Below are positions 1 through 10,739 of a stretch of DNA of 64,000 nucleotides, one piece after another. The stretch covers positions 1-64,000 of the forward strand of contig JANMLN010000057.1 of assembly GCA_031372565.1 (NCBI GenBank), given 5' to 3'. A program made the position numbers and the translations under genes. How positions within the stretch are numbered: position 1 is the first letter of the stretch; each line of letters begins with the position of its first letter. The DNA is from Gemmatimonadota bacterium (lineage in GTDB: Bacteria > Gemmatimonadota > Gemmatimonadetes > Gemmatimonadales > Gemmatimonadaceae). The notes below the pieces were generated by a model. The model saw nothing but the letters and a program-made list of their open reading frames with translations, had not been told where the DNA came from and did no database searches.

Positions 1-2
1 CG

Positions 3-926
3 CAGCGCTCCTACCAGCGCTCGGCCGACATCCGCAAGACGAACCCGGGCCTGATCTCCGAGGAGCAGCTCGAGCAGCTGCGCACCACGGCCGAGGTCAA
101 CAAGGAGCTGCTCTCCGCCGCGCAGCATCAGGTTGACCAGAACGCGGCGAGCCTGAAGGACGCGAAGTGGCAGCTGTCGCGCACCACGATCCTCGCGCCC
201 ATGAGCGGCCGTATCACCCGGTTGAACGTCGAGAACGGCGAAACGGCCATCCAGGGGACGCTCAACAAGGATGCCGCCACGCTGCTCACGATCTCGGACA
301 TGAGCGTGCTCGAGACCAAGGTGAAGGTCGACGAGACCGATGTCGCGCGCATCTCGATCGGTGACTCGGCCATCGTGCAGGTCGACGCCTTCCCCGACAC
401 GACGTTCCTCGGCAAGGTGGTGAAGATCTCGAACAGCTCGGTGAAGGCGGCCGGCGCGACGGGGACGTCGAGCGACCAGGCCATCGACTACGAGGTCACG
501 ATCCAGCTCGTGAACGCGCCCAAGGACACGCGCCCCGATTTCTCGGCGACCGCCAAGATCATCACCGACACCCGCAAGGGGGTGCTCTCGATTCCGATCA
601 TCGCGCTCACCGTGCGCGAGAACGAGGAGCTGCAGAACAAGGACACCGCGGTCACCGTCGGCGGGAAGGCGGCGCCCACCAAGCAGGTCGGCAAGAAGGA
701 CGTGGAAGGGGTGTTCGTCGTCGCGGCCGACAACAAGGTCAGCTTCCGTCCGGTGAAGGTCGGCATTGCCGGCGAGAAGTACTTCGAAGTCGTGAACGGC
801 CTCAAGGACGGCGACAAGATCGTGGGCGGTACGTACCAGGCCATTCGTGAGCTCAAGGACGGCGCCATGGTGAAGGAAGCGGCGGCCAAGGACGCCAAGA
901 AGGGCGCGGCGGAGAAGAAGTCGTGA
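3..926 (+). CDS. Efflux periplasmic adaptor (MacA/HlyD-like membrane fusion protein), 5' truncated by window edge
   Basis: Frame is open from position 3 ([12 protein letters not shown]...). Coiled-coil followed by [11 protein letters not shown] lipoyl half-motif, VKVDETDV and a C-terminal V-K-V-G...GLKDGDKIV; overlaps the ABC ATPase start. Confidence 0.9.
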   Translation, partial: QRSYQRSADIRKTNPGLISEEQLEQLRTTAEVNKELLSAAQHQVDQNAASLKDAKWQLSRTTILAPMSGRITRLNVENGETAIQGTLNKDAATLLTISDMSVLETKVKVDETDVARISIGDSAIVQVDAFPDTTFLGKVVKISNSSVKAAGATGTSSDQAIDYEVTIQLVNAPKDTRPDFSATAKIITDTRKGVLSIPIIALTVRENEELQNKDTAVTVGGKAAPTKQVGKKDVEGVFVVAADNKVSFRPVKVGIAGEKYFEVVNGLKDGDKIVGGTYQAIRELKDGAMVKEAAAKDAKKGAAEKKS

Positions 927-1741
927 GCGCCGTGACGGAGCTTCCCGCCGAGATTGCGATGAGCAGCGCGACGGAGCGAGGCGCCGTCACCGCTGCTGTG
1001 GGCCAGGCACCAGCGAGCGAGTGGATCATCGTCACGCGGGGCATCAAGCGGAATTACGACATGGGGGGCGAAGTCGTGCGCGCGCTCCGCGGCGTCGACA
1101 TTGCCGTGAAGCGCAACGAGTACGTGGCCATCATGGGCCCGTCGGGCTCGGGCAAGTCGACCCTCATGAACATGATCGGGTGTCTCGATACGCCGAATGA
1201 AGGCGAGTACTGGCTCAACGGGCAGCAAGTCTCGCGCATGAGCGACGATGAACTCGCGCGCGTGCGCAACAAGGAGATCGGGTTCGTGTTCCAGACGTTC
1301 AACCTGCTCCCGCGCGCGAGTGCGCTCGCCAATGTCGAACTGCCGCTCGTGTACGCCGGCGTGCCGGCGGCCGAGCGCAAGGCGCGCGCGATGGAAGCGC
1401 TCACGCGCGTGCAGCTCGGCTCGCGCGTGCACCACAAGCCCAACGAGCTCTCGGGCGGTCAGCGGCAACGCGTGGCGATCGCGCGTGCCCTGGTGAACCG
1501 GCCGTCGATCCTGCTGGCTGACGAACCGACGGGCAACCTCGACTCGACGACCTCCGAGGAGATCATGCGCGTGTTCGAGGAGCTGGCCACGCAGGGGCAG
1601 ACCGTGATCATGGTGACGCACGAGCCCGACATCGCCAGTCATGCCCGGCGTGTCGTGGTGCTCAAGGACGGTGTGGTCAGCAGCGATGAACGGAAGGAGC
1701 AGTTCGTGGAGCGGATCGCGCAGGGCGGCAAGGCGCACTAG
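923..1741 (+). CDS. ABC transporter ATP-binding protein (MacB/LolD family)
   Basis: Walker [18 protein letters not shown], signature LSGGQRQR, Walker [13 protein letters not shown]-loop VTHE. Start could be 923 (GTG) or 959. Confidence 0.95.
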   Translation: MSAVTELPAEIAMSSATERGAVTAAVGQAPASEWIIVTRGIKRNYDMGGEVVRALRGVDIAVKRNEYVAIMGPSGSGKSTLMNMIGCLDTPNEGEYWLNGQQVSRMSDDELARVRNKEIGFVFQTFNLLPRASALANVELPLVYAGVPAAERKARAMEALTRVQLGSRVHHKPNELSGGQRQRVAIARALVNRPSILLADEPTGNLDSTTSEEIMRVFEELATQGQTVIMVTHEPDIASHARRVVVLKDGVVSSDERKEQFVERIAQGGKAH

Positions 1742-1769
1742 GCGCGCGTCCATTCGCGTGTGAGGTATT

Positions 1770-1799
1770 GCGGGGGGCGCTGAAACCAGCGCCCCCCGC
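1770..1799. other. Perfect 13-bp GC-rich inverted repeat (intercistronic stem-loop)
   Basis: GCGGGGGGCGCTG-aaac-CAGCGCCCCCCGC between the ATPase and first permease; no U-tract follows. Confidence 0.75.
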
Positions 1800-1831
1800 T
1801 GCCGTAGGGGGGATGTCTCCTGCCCCCGCCG

Positions 1832-3076
1832 ATGCCCTTCCTCGACGCCATTCGCCTCGCGCTTTCCACGATCCGCGCGCAGAAGCTCAAGAGCTTCTTC
1901 ACGCTGCTGGGCGTCACCATCGGCGTGATGTTCCTGATCGCGGTCGTCTCCATCGTCGAGGGGATGAGCCGCTACATGGAGAACGACCTGGTCGGGAAGC
2001 TCCTCGCGGTCAACTCGTTCGAGCTGCGGAAGAACCCGAACATCAACATCGGCGACGTGGACGAGTCGGTGTGGATGTCGTATCGCAAGCGCCGTCGCAT
2101 CATGGAGGACGACGTGGCGTCCGTCGTCGCGGTCCTCCCGCCGGGTACCCGGTGGGCGATGAACTCCGAGGACAACCTCAACGTCGAGTCGCGCTACTCG
2201 CGTCCGCGTTCGGCGCACGTGTTCGCCGTTGGTGGCGAGTACCTCGCGATCAAGAAGCTCGGCGTCGAGCGCGGGCGCGTCTTCAGCCAGCAGGAGCTCG
2301 AGCGCGGCGACAACGTGATCATCATCGGGCAGGACCTGCAGGAGCGCCTCTTCCCCGGCGTGGATCCGGTCGGCCGCGAACTCAAGATGGGCGGGCTGCC
2401 GTACACCGTGATCGGGATCGGCGACAAGCAGGGCTCCACCTTCGGCGTTTCCTTCGACAACTACGTGATCGCGCCGTACAAGGCGCCGGTGCACCGGCTG
2501 CTCAATCGGCGGCCGCGCGTCATCGACGCCGTGATCGTGCAGGCGACGGACAAGGTCATTCTCGCCGACGCGTCCGAGCGCGTCCGCGCGGTCATGCGCG
2601 CGCGCCACAAGTTGCACCCGGCCCAGCCGGACGACTTCTCGCTCGAGACCCCCGAGTCCGCGCTCGCATTCTTCAACAAGATCAAGCAGTACATGGTGCT
2701 CGCCGGCGTGGCCTTGCCCGCGCTTGGCCTGGTCGTTGGCGCGATCGTCATCATGAACATCATGCTCGTGGCGGTCGCCGAGCGGACGCGGGAGATCGGC
2801 GTCCGCAAGGCACTCGGCGCCCGGAGCCGCGACATCCTGACGCAGTTCCTGATCGAGTCGGCCACGCTCTCCACCGTGGGCGCGCTGCTTGGCATTGCCC
2901 TGGGGTTCGTGCTCGCCTGGGTGGTCACCGAGGTCACGCCGATGCCCGCATCGGTGGCCCCGTGGTCCATCATCGTCGGCGTCCTCGTTGGCGCCGGGAC
3001 GGGGGTCGTCTCCGGCGTGTATCCCGCGAGTCGCGCCGCGCGCCTCGATCCGATCGCCGCGCTGCGGCAGGAGTAG
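1832..3076 (+). CDS. MacB/FtsX-type ABC permease, type A1
   Basis: KLKSFFTLLG N-terminal TM, large periplasmic domain, IMNIMLVAVAERTREIGVRKALGA, ends LDPIAALRQE. Confidence 0.93.
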   Translation: MPFLDAIRLALSTIRAQKLKSFFTLLGVTIGVMFLIAVVSIVEGMSRYMENDLVGKLLAVNSFELRKNPNINIGDVDESVWMSYRKRRRIMEDDVASVVAVLPPGTRWAMNSEDNLNVESRYSRPRSAHVFAVGGEYLAIKKLGVERGRVFSQQELERGDNVIIIGQDLQERLFPGVDPVGRELKMGGLPYTVIGIGDKQGSTFGVSFDNYVIAPYKAPVHRLLNRRPRVIDAVIVQATDKVILADASERVRAVMRARHKLHPAQPDDFSLETPESALAFFNKIKQYMVLAGVALPALGLVVGAIVIMNIMLVAVAERTREIGVRKALGARSRDILTQFLIESATLSTVGALLGIALGFVLAWVVTEVTPMPASVAPWSIIVGVLVGAGTGVVSGVYPASRAARLDPIAALRQE

Positions 3077-3079
3077 CTG

Positions 3080-4336
3080 ATGAGCCGGTTGGGGATGCGT
3101 CTCTTCTCGATCACCGAGGGGGTCCAGATGGGCTTGGACGCCCTGCGCGCCAACCGCGTGCGGGCAGGCCTCACGATCCTCGGTGTTGCCGTCGGCGTCT
3201 TCGCCGTCACGAGCATCGCGGCGGCCATCCACGGCATCAACGAGAGCGTGGCCAAGGACTTCGAGTCCACCGGGCCGACGACCTTCTTCGTCACGCGCTA
3301 TCCGATCTCGTTCGAAGCGTGCGACGGATCGGGCGACACGTGCAAGTGGCTCTCGAACCCGCCGATCCGGTGGAGCGAGCTCGACGCGCTGCAACGCCTG
3401 CCCGGTGCGCTCGCGGTCGGTGCGCGCCTCGACTGGTCCGCCGCGGCCCGCCACCGGGATCGCTCGCTGGGCTCCGTGCACATCGAGGCCTACACCGGCA
3501 ACTGGTCGATCATCTCCGCGCCCGAACTGCTGCCCGGTGGCCGCGCCTTCACGGATCAGGAGGCACGGTCCGCCGCACGCGTTGCGGTCCTGAGCACGGT
3601 CACGGCCGAACGACTCTTCGGCGAGGCAGACCCGCTCGACAAGGAAGTCCTGCTGAATGGCAACCCCTTCCGGGTGATCGGCGTCTACAAGGACAACTCG
3701 AGCTTCCTGAGCGGCGGCGAGCAGTCCAAGGCGGTCATTCCCATCATGTCGGCCGTGCGCCATCTCAACGCACGCGCCTACGACATGGGGCTCGCGGTCA
3801 AGCCGCGCGAGAACGTCAGTCGCGACGAGATGATCGACGAGGTGACGGCGGCCATGCGCGGCATGCGCGGTCTCCGCCCGAGTCAGCCCTCGTCCTTCAA
3901 CATCCTGACGCAGGACAAGCTGTTCGAGACGTACAACAAGATCTTCGGCACGCTGTTCCTCGTCATGTTCGTGCTCTCGGCGGTTGGCCTGCTCGTCGGC
4001 GGCGTGGGGGTGGTGGCGATCATGATGATCTCGGTCACGGAACGCACGCGCGAGATCGGCGTCCGCAAGGCGCTCGGCGCGACCAAGGCAACGATCCTCT
4101 TCCAGTTCCTGGTCGAAGCCGTGACGTTGACCGGTGTCGGCGTGGCCGTCGGGTTCGTGGCCGGATGGGCGCTCGCCTTCGTCGTGCGGTCGGTGACGCC
4201 GATTCAGGCGTCGATTCCGCCGATGGCGTTGCTCCTGGCCGCGCTCGCCAGCGTCGTCACCGGTGTCGTGTTCGGGTTGGTGCCGGCGTTCCGCGCCGCA
4301 CGGCTCGACCCCGTCGAAGCCCTCCGCTTCGAGTAG
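3080..4336 (+). CDS. MacB/FtsX-type ABC permease, type B1
   Basis: ANRVRAGLTILG, IMMISVTERTREIGVRKALGA, ends LDPVEALRFE. Confidence 0.93.
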   Translation: MSRLGMRLFSITEGVQMGLDALRANRVRAGLTILGVAVGVFAVTSIAAAIHGINESVAKDFESTGPTTFFVTRYPISFEACDGSGDTCKWLSNPPIRWSELDALQRLPGALAVGARLDWSAAARHRDRSLGSVHIEAYTGNWSIISAPELLPGGRAFTDQEARSAARVAVLSTVTAERLFGEADPLDKEVLLNGNPFRVIGVYKDNSSFLSGGEQSKAVIPIMSAVRHLNARAYDMGLAVKPRENVSRDEMIDEVTAAMRGMRGLRPSQPSSFNILTQDKLFETYNKIFGTLFLVMFVLSAVGLLVGGVGVVAIMMISVTERTREIGVRKALGATKATILFQFLVEAVTLTGVGVAVGFVAGWALAFVVRSVTPIQASIPPMALLLAALASVVTGVVFGLVPAFRAARLDPVEALRFE

Positions 4337-4340
4337 CGCC

Positions 4341-5582
4341 GTGAATTACTGGGAATCGGTCCGCCTCGCCCTCGACACGATCCGGGTGCAGAAGCTCAAG
4401 AGCTTCTTCACCCTGCTGGGCGTCATGATCGGCGTGATGTTCCTGGTGGCCGTCGTCTCGATCGTCGAGGGCATGAGTCGCTACATGAAGGAGGACTTTG
4501 CCGCTAAGCTCATCGGCGTCAACACCTTCAATGTTCGCCGTTCCCCCGACTTCTCCTTCGGGAATGTGTCCGAGTCGCAGTGGCGCGACTGGCAGCGGCG
4601 CCCGCGTCTGTACGAGCCTGACATCGCCGCCATCCGCTCGACGCTCGGTCCGGACTTCCGCACCGCCATCGAGAACATCGAGTTTCTCACGTCCAGCACG
4701 CCCTATGCCCGTCCGCGGCAGGTCATGGGCGTCGCCGCCGACAGGGACTACTTCGCGATCAAGAAGTACGGCATCGCGCGTGGGCGCGCCTTCACGCAGC
4801 AGGAGGAGGCGCTCGGGCTGCCGGTGCTCGTGATCGGCACCGAGATCGCGGAGCACTTTTTTCCGAACCTCGATCCGGTCGGGCGCGAGCTGCGCGTGAA
4901 GGGGGTGCCGTTCCGCGTCATCGGCACGATCGAGAAGCAGGGCAACGTGCTCGGCTTCTCCATGGACCGTCTCGCGATCGCGCCCTATCACTCGCCGATG
5001 ACGCGGCTCACCAACCCGCTCGGCAACATCGATCAGCTCATCGTGCAGGCTCCGACCGAATCGGCCGTCGATGAAGGGCGCGAAACGGTGCGGGAGCTGC
5101 TCCGCTCGATTCGCAAGCTCCCGCCCACGCGCCCGGACAACTTCGAGCTCGAGTCGTCGGAGTCCGCGCTCGGGTTCTTCAACGACCTGAAGTCGAAGCT
5201 GATCGTCTTCGGGACGGCCCTGCCCGCCATCGGCCTCGTCGTCGGCGCGATGGTCATCATGAACATCATGCTGGTGGCCGTCGCCGAGCGCACGCGCGAG
5301 ATCGGGATCCGGAAGGCGCTCGGGGCGAGGCGACGCGACATCATGGGGCAATTCCTCGTCGAGGCTGCCACGCTCTCCGTGGTCGGCGCCGCCGTCGGCA
5401 TCGTGCTCGGGCTCGCGGGCGCGAAGCTGATTGCCGCGCTCACGCCGCTGCCGGCGTCGGTCGCGCCGTGGAGCATCGTCGCGGCGCTGTTCGTCGGTGC
5501 GGGCGTGGGCATCACCGCGGGGCTCTACCCCGCGAGCCGCGCCTCCCGGCTCGATCCGATCGCCGCCCTGAGGCAGGAGTAG
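4341..5582 (+). CDS. MacB/FtsX-type ABC permease, type A2
   Basis: GTG start at 4341 (VNYWESVRLALD) aligns with paralogue starts; ERTREIG motif; ends LDPIAALRQE. Confidence 0.92.
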   Translation: MNYWESVRLALDTIRVQKLKSFFTLLGVMIGVMFLVAVVSIVEGMSRYMKEDFAAKLIGVNTFNVRRSPDFSFGNVSESQWRDWQRRPRLYEPDIAAIRSTLGPDFRTAIENIEFLTSSTPYARPRQVMGVAADRDYFAIKKYGIARGRAFTQQEEALGLPVLVIGTEIAEHFFPNLDPVGRELRVKGVPFRVIGTIEKQGNVLGFSMDRLAIAPYHSPMTRLTNPLGNIDQLIVQAPTESAVDEGRETVRELLRSIRKLPPTRPDNFELESSESALGFFNDLKSKLIVFGTALPAIGLVVGAMVIMNIMLVAVAERTREIGIRKALGARRRDIMGQFLVEAATLSVVGAAVGIVLGLAGAKLIAALTPLPASVAPWSIVAALFVGAGVGITAGLYPASRASRLDPIAALRQE

Positions 5583-5585
5583 CCG

Positions 5586-6851
5586 ATGCGTGTCATCGAC
5601 CGGGTACTGAGCGCCAGCGAGGGTGTGCTGATCGCCCTCGACGCGCTGCGGGCCAACAAGGTGCGCGCCGCGCTCACCATCATGGGGATCGCCGTGGGCG
5701 TGTTCGTGGTGGTGGCCATGGCCGCTGCGACCCATGGCATCAAGCAGAGCTTCCGCGAGGACGTGGATGCGTTCGGCGCCACGTCCTTCCAGGTGCGCCG
5801 CCGTTCCATCGGCCTCAACAGCTGTGACGGCTCCGACGACAGCTGCCCCGAGCGCAAGAACCCGCCGATCTCGGCCGAGGAGGCCCAACTCATCCGTGGG
5901 CTGCCCACCGTCCAGGCCGTCACCGAGATCTGGGTGTCCGCCGCGCCCATGCGGTACCGTGACCGCTCACTCGGCTCCGTGGGCTACGACGCCTTCAGCG
6001 CGGACTGGATCCAGACCGACGTCGGCGACATCGATCCGGGGCGCAACTTCTCGCAGAAGGAGAACGAGAACGGCGAGCCGGTGCTGATCATCAACGACTC
6101 GCTCAAGTCACAGCTGTTCGGCGACTCCGATCCGATCGGGAAGCAGATGACGGTGAAGGAGAAGCAGTTCACGGTGATCGGCGTCTACCACACGAAGGGC
6201 GGCTTTCTCAAGACGATGGATGGCCGAGGGCCCGACAAGCCGCGCGCGATCATTCCGATCGTGACGGCCAAGCGGCAGCTCGACATGTGGCGTCGCGGCA
6301 TCGTGCTCATGGTCAAGCCGCGCGACGGCACCGATCAGGCCGACGTCATGGATGACGTGACGGCGCTGCTGCGCGGCCGCCGCGGGCTGCATCCCGGGGC
6401 GCCGAACAACTTCTTCCTGGTGACGCAGGAGCGGATGATGGCGGTCTTCGACCAGCTCTTCGGCGCCATCTTCATGGTCGGGCTCGCGCTCTCGGCCGTG
6501 GGATTGCTGGTGGGTGGCGTCGGCGTCGTGGCCATCATGATGATCTCGGTCACCGAGCGGACGCGGGAGATCGGCGTGCGGAAAGCCCTCGGCGCGACCA
6601 AGGCGACGATCTTGTGGCAGTTTCTGGTCGAGGCCGCCACCCTCACGAGCATCGGGGCGGCGATCGGGCTCGCGATCGGCTCCGTGATCGCGTGGGTGGT
6701 GCGCGCGACCACGCCGGTACCGGCGGCTGTCCCCGGCGAGGCGGTCTTCCTCGCGATCGGCGGGGCCGTCGTGACCGGGGTCGTGTTTGGCATGCTGCCG
6801 GCCATTCGCGCCGCCAGGCTCGATCCGGTCGAGGCGCTGCGCTACGAGTAG
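5586..6851 (+). CDS. MacB/FtsX-type ABC permease, type B2
   Basis: ANKVRAALTIMG, ERTREIG, ends LDPVEALRYE. Confidence 0.93.
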   Translation: MRVIDRVLSASEGVLIALDALRANKVRAALTIMGIAVGVFVVVAMAAATHGIKQSFREDVDAFGATSFQVRRRSIGLNSCDGSDDSCPERKNPPISAEEAQLIRGLPTVQAVTEIWVSAAPMRYRDRSLGSVGYDAFSADWIQTDVGDIDPGRNFSQKENENGEPVLIINDSLKSQLFGDSDPIGKQMTVKEKQFTVIGVYHTKGGFLKTMDGRGPDKPRAIIPIVTAKRQLDMWRRGIVLMVKPRDGTDQADVMDDVTALLRGRRGLHPGAPNNFFLVTQERMMAVFDQLFGAIFMVGLALSAVGLLVGGVGVVAIMMISVTERTREIGVRKALGATKATILWQFLVEAATLTSIGAAIGLAIGSVIAWVVRATTPVPAAVPGEAVFLAIGGAVVTGVVFGMLPAIRAARLDPVEALRYE

Positions 6852-6896
6852 GCCGCGCCCCTTGGTGGGACCCCCGCAAGCCGTCAGCTTTCGGGG

Positions 6897-8141
6897 ATGT
6901 CAATCATCGAGGCCATTCGCCTCGCCCTCTACCAGATCCGCGTCCAGAAGCTGAAATCGTTTTTCACCCTTCTCGGGGTGATGATCGGCGTCATGTTCCT
7001 CATCACGGTCGTGTCGATCGTCGAGGGGATGTCGCGCTACGTGGAAACGGATTTTGCCGCGCGCATCCTGGGCGGCGTGAACACGTTCAGCCTGAGCCGG
7101 CGGCCGGCCTCCTTCTTCGGTCCACCGAACGAGGCCCAGCGCAGACTGTACGCCCGGCGTCCGCGCATCTTCGCGCGCGACATCCCCGCCATCCGCGCCG
7201 TGCTCCCTGCCGGGACCCTCGCGTCGGTGAACGGCACCACGTTCGCGAACGCCAATTCCGCATGGAACCGCCCGCGCAATGTGCAGGCGACCGCGAGTGA
7301 GCCCGACTTCTTCGCCATCAAGCGCTACAAGATCACCTCGGGGCGCGTCTTCAACGGCAGGGAGCAGGCCGACGGCGCCCGCGTGATCGTGATCGGCACG
7401 GAAGTCGCCGAGCACTTCTTCCCCAACCTGAATCCGCTGGGCCGCGCCCTGCGCGTCGGCGGCGATTCGTACGAAGTCATCGGCATCATCGAGAAGCAGG
7501 GCAGCGTGTTCGGGTTCTCGCTCGACCGCCTGGCGATCGCGCCCTCGACGTCGCCGATGATGCGCGTGACGAATCCCGCGGGCGACGTCGGCAGCCTGAC
7601 CGTGGAAGCGCGCGATGCGGCATCCATGGTCGATGCCATGGAGCGCGTCCGCGAAGTCATGCGCGGCCAGCGCCATCTGGGGCCCGCCATACCGGACAAC
7701 TTCTCGATCGAGGCGGCGGCGACCGGCGCCTCCTTCTTCGACTCCATCAAGGAGAAGCTGGTGCTCTTCGGCACCGCGCTCCCGGCCATCGGCCTCGTGG
7801 TGGGCGCCATGGTCATCATGAACATCATGCTGGTGGCGGTGGCCGAGCGCACGCGCGAGATCGGCGTGCGCAAGGCGCTCGGTGCGCGACGCAAGGACAT
7901 CCTGGCGCAGTTTCTCATCGAGGCCGCCACGCTCTCCGTGCTCGGCGCGGTCATCGGCATTGGCCTCGGCATCGCGCTGGCAAAGCTCATTTCGGCTGTC
8001 ACGCCGTTGCCCGCCAGCGTGGCTCCGTGGTCGGTCGCGATGGCGCTGACCCTGGGCGCCGGCGTGGGCGTGGCGGCCGGATACTACCCCGCGAGCCGCG
8101 CCTCCCGACTCGATCCGATCGAAGCCCTCCGGTCCGACTGA
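6897..8141 (+). CDS. MacB/FtsX-type ABC permease, type A3
   Basis: KLKSFFTLLG, ERTREIG, ends LDPIEALRSD. Confidence 0.93.
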   Translation: MSIIEAIRLALYQIRVQKLKSFFTLLGVMIGVMFLITVVSIVEGMSRYVETDFAARILGGVNTFSLSRRPASFFGPPNEAQRRLYARRPRIFARDIPAIRAVLPAGTLASVNGTTFANANSAWNRPRNVQATASEPDFFAIKRYKITSGRVFNGREQADGARVIVIGTEVAEHFFPNLNPLGRALRVGGDSYEVIGIIEKQGSVFGFSLDRLAIAPSTSPMMRVTNPAGDVGSLTVEARDAASMVDAMERVREVMRGQRHLGPAIPDNFSIEAAATGASFFDSIKEKLVLFGTALPAIGLVVGAMVIMNIMLVAVAERTREIGVRKALGARRKDILAQFLIEAATLSVLGAVIGIGLGIALAKLISAVTPLPASVAPWSVAMALTLGAGVGVAAGYYPASRASRLDPIEALRSD

Positions 8142-8143
8142 CG

Positions 8144-9406
8144 ATGACGCTGCTTGATCGCCTGGCTTTCCTCCTCGATGGCGTCCGCATGGCCGTCGAT
8201 GCGCTCACGGCCAATCGCGTGCGCGCCCTCCTGACCATCTCGGGAGTCGCGGTTGGCGTGTTCGTCGTGGTCATCATGGCGGCCGCCGTCAACGGCGTGA
8301 ACCAGAGCGTCAAGCAGGATGTCGAGTCGCTCGGACCGCAGACCTTCTCGCTCGCGCGCCGCGGCATCACGCTCGGGTGTGACGGCTCGGACGAGAAGTG
8401 TCCCGACCGGCGCAACCCGCCCCTGCTCCTGACCGAAGCGCGCGCCATCCGGGAGCTGCCCGAGGTCGTGGCCGTCACCGCGATCGCGACCGGGCTGGCC
8501 AGCATGAAGTACCGCGAACGCGCCCTCGAGAGCGTGGGCTATGAAGCGTACTCATCGCAGTGGATGGAGACCGACGCCGGCGACATCATGCCGGGGCGCA
8601 ACTTCACCGCGGCCGAGGAAGCGGGCGGGGCGCGCGTGATGCTCATCAATGATTCGCTCGCCAATGCCCTGTTTGATGGCGAGACGGCGCTCGGCAAGCA
8701 GGTGCTCGTCGCTGGCCAGCCGTTCACGGTGATCGGCGTGTACGAGCCCAAGGCCGGCTTCCTGTTGCAACTGCAGGGCCGGGGCAACGACAAGCCACGG
8801 GCGATCTTTCCGCTCGAGAGCGCCCGCCGGTCGCTCGGCCTGGACATCCGGACCATCTCCATGCGGGTCAAGCCTCGCGAGAATGCGGACGGCGTGGAAG
8901 TCATGGACGCCGTGACCGCCACCATCCGCGGCCGCCGCGGCCTGCGCCCCGGCCTCCGCAGCAACTTCGCCATCATCACGCAGGACCGATTGCTGGAAAC
9001 CTTCGACCAACTCTTCGGCGCCATCTTCGCCGTCGGGATCGGGCTGTCGGCGGTCGGGTTGCTCGTGGGCGGCGTGGGCGTGGTGGCGATCATGATGATC
9101 TCGGTCACCGAGCGCACGCGCGAGATCGGCGTGCGCAAGGCGCTGGGCGCCACCAAGGGGCTGATCCTCTGGCAGTTCCTCATCGAGGCCGTCACGGTCA
9201 CGACCATCGGTGCGGGGGTCGGACTCCTGATCGGCGTGGGGCTCGCGTGGCTCGTGAAGGCGACCACATCGATTCCAGCCTCCGTACCCGCCAGCGGGAT
9301 CGTGAGCGCGCTCGCGGCCAGTGCGCTCACCGGCATCGTCTTCGGCATCGTGCCCGCGTTTCGTGCCGCGCGACTCGATCCGGTCGAAGCGCTCCGCTAC
9401 GAGTAG
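8144..9406 (+). CDS. MacB/FtsX-type ABC permease, type B3
   Basis: ATG at 8144, 2 nt after the previous stop (MTLLDRLAF); ANRVRALLTISG; ends LDPVEALRYE. Confidence 0.92.
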   Translation: MTLLDRLAFLLDGVRMAVDALTANRVRALLTISGVAVGVFVVVIMAAAVNGVNQSVKQDVESLGPQTFSLARRGITLGCDGSDEKCPDRRNPPLLLTEARAIRELPEVVAVTAIATGLASMKYRERALESVGYEAYSSQWMETDAGDIMPGRNFTAAEEAGGARVMLINDSLANALFDGETALGKQVLVAGQPFTVIGVYEPKAGFLLQLQGRGNDKPRAIFPLESARRSLGLDIRTISMRVKPRENADGVEVMDAVTATIRGRRGLRPGLRSNFAIITQDRLLETFDQLFGAIFAVGIGLSAVGLLVGGVGVVAIMMISVTERTREIGVRKALGATKGLILWQFLIEAVTVTTIGAGVGLLIGVGLAWLVKATTSIPASVPASGIVSALAASALTGIVFGIVPAFRAARLDPVEALRYE

Positions 9407-9496
9407 CTCGCCGCACCGGGCAAGCGCCGTGGGAGGCGCCCTGAACCCCGCGCCCGCCCACTGTGAGGTCACCCGCACCGCGACCACCTTTCACCT

Positions 9497-10738
<1,242 letters not shown>

Positions 10739-10739
10739 C

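Noticed and set aside
488..3763. 1091-aa minus-strand ORF, and similar long ORFs at 17368-20076, 31279-33612, 41538-44222 and 44369-46819
   Set aside because: Antisense shadows of well-supported genes in high-GC DNA; Arg/Gly/Ala-rich with no motifs.
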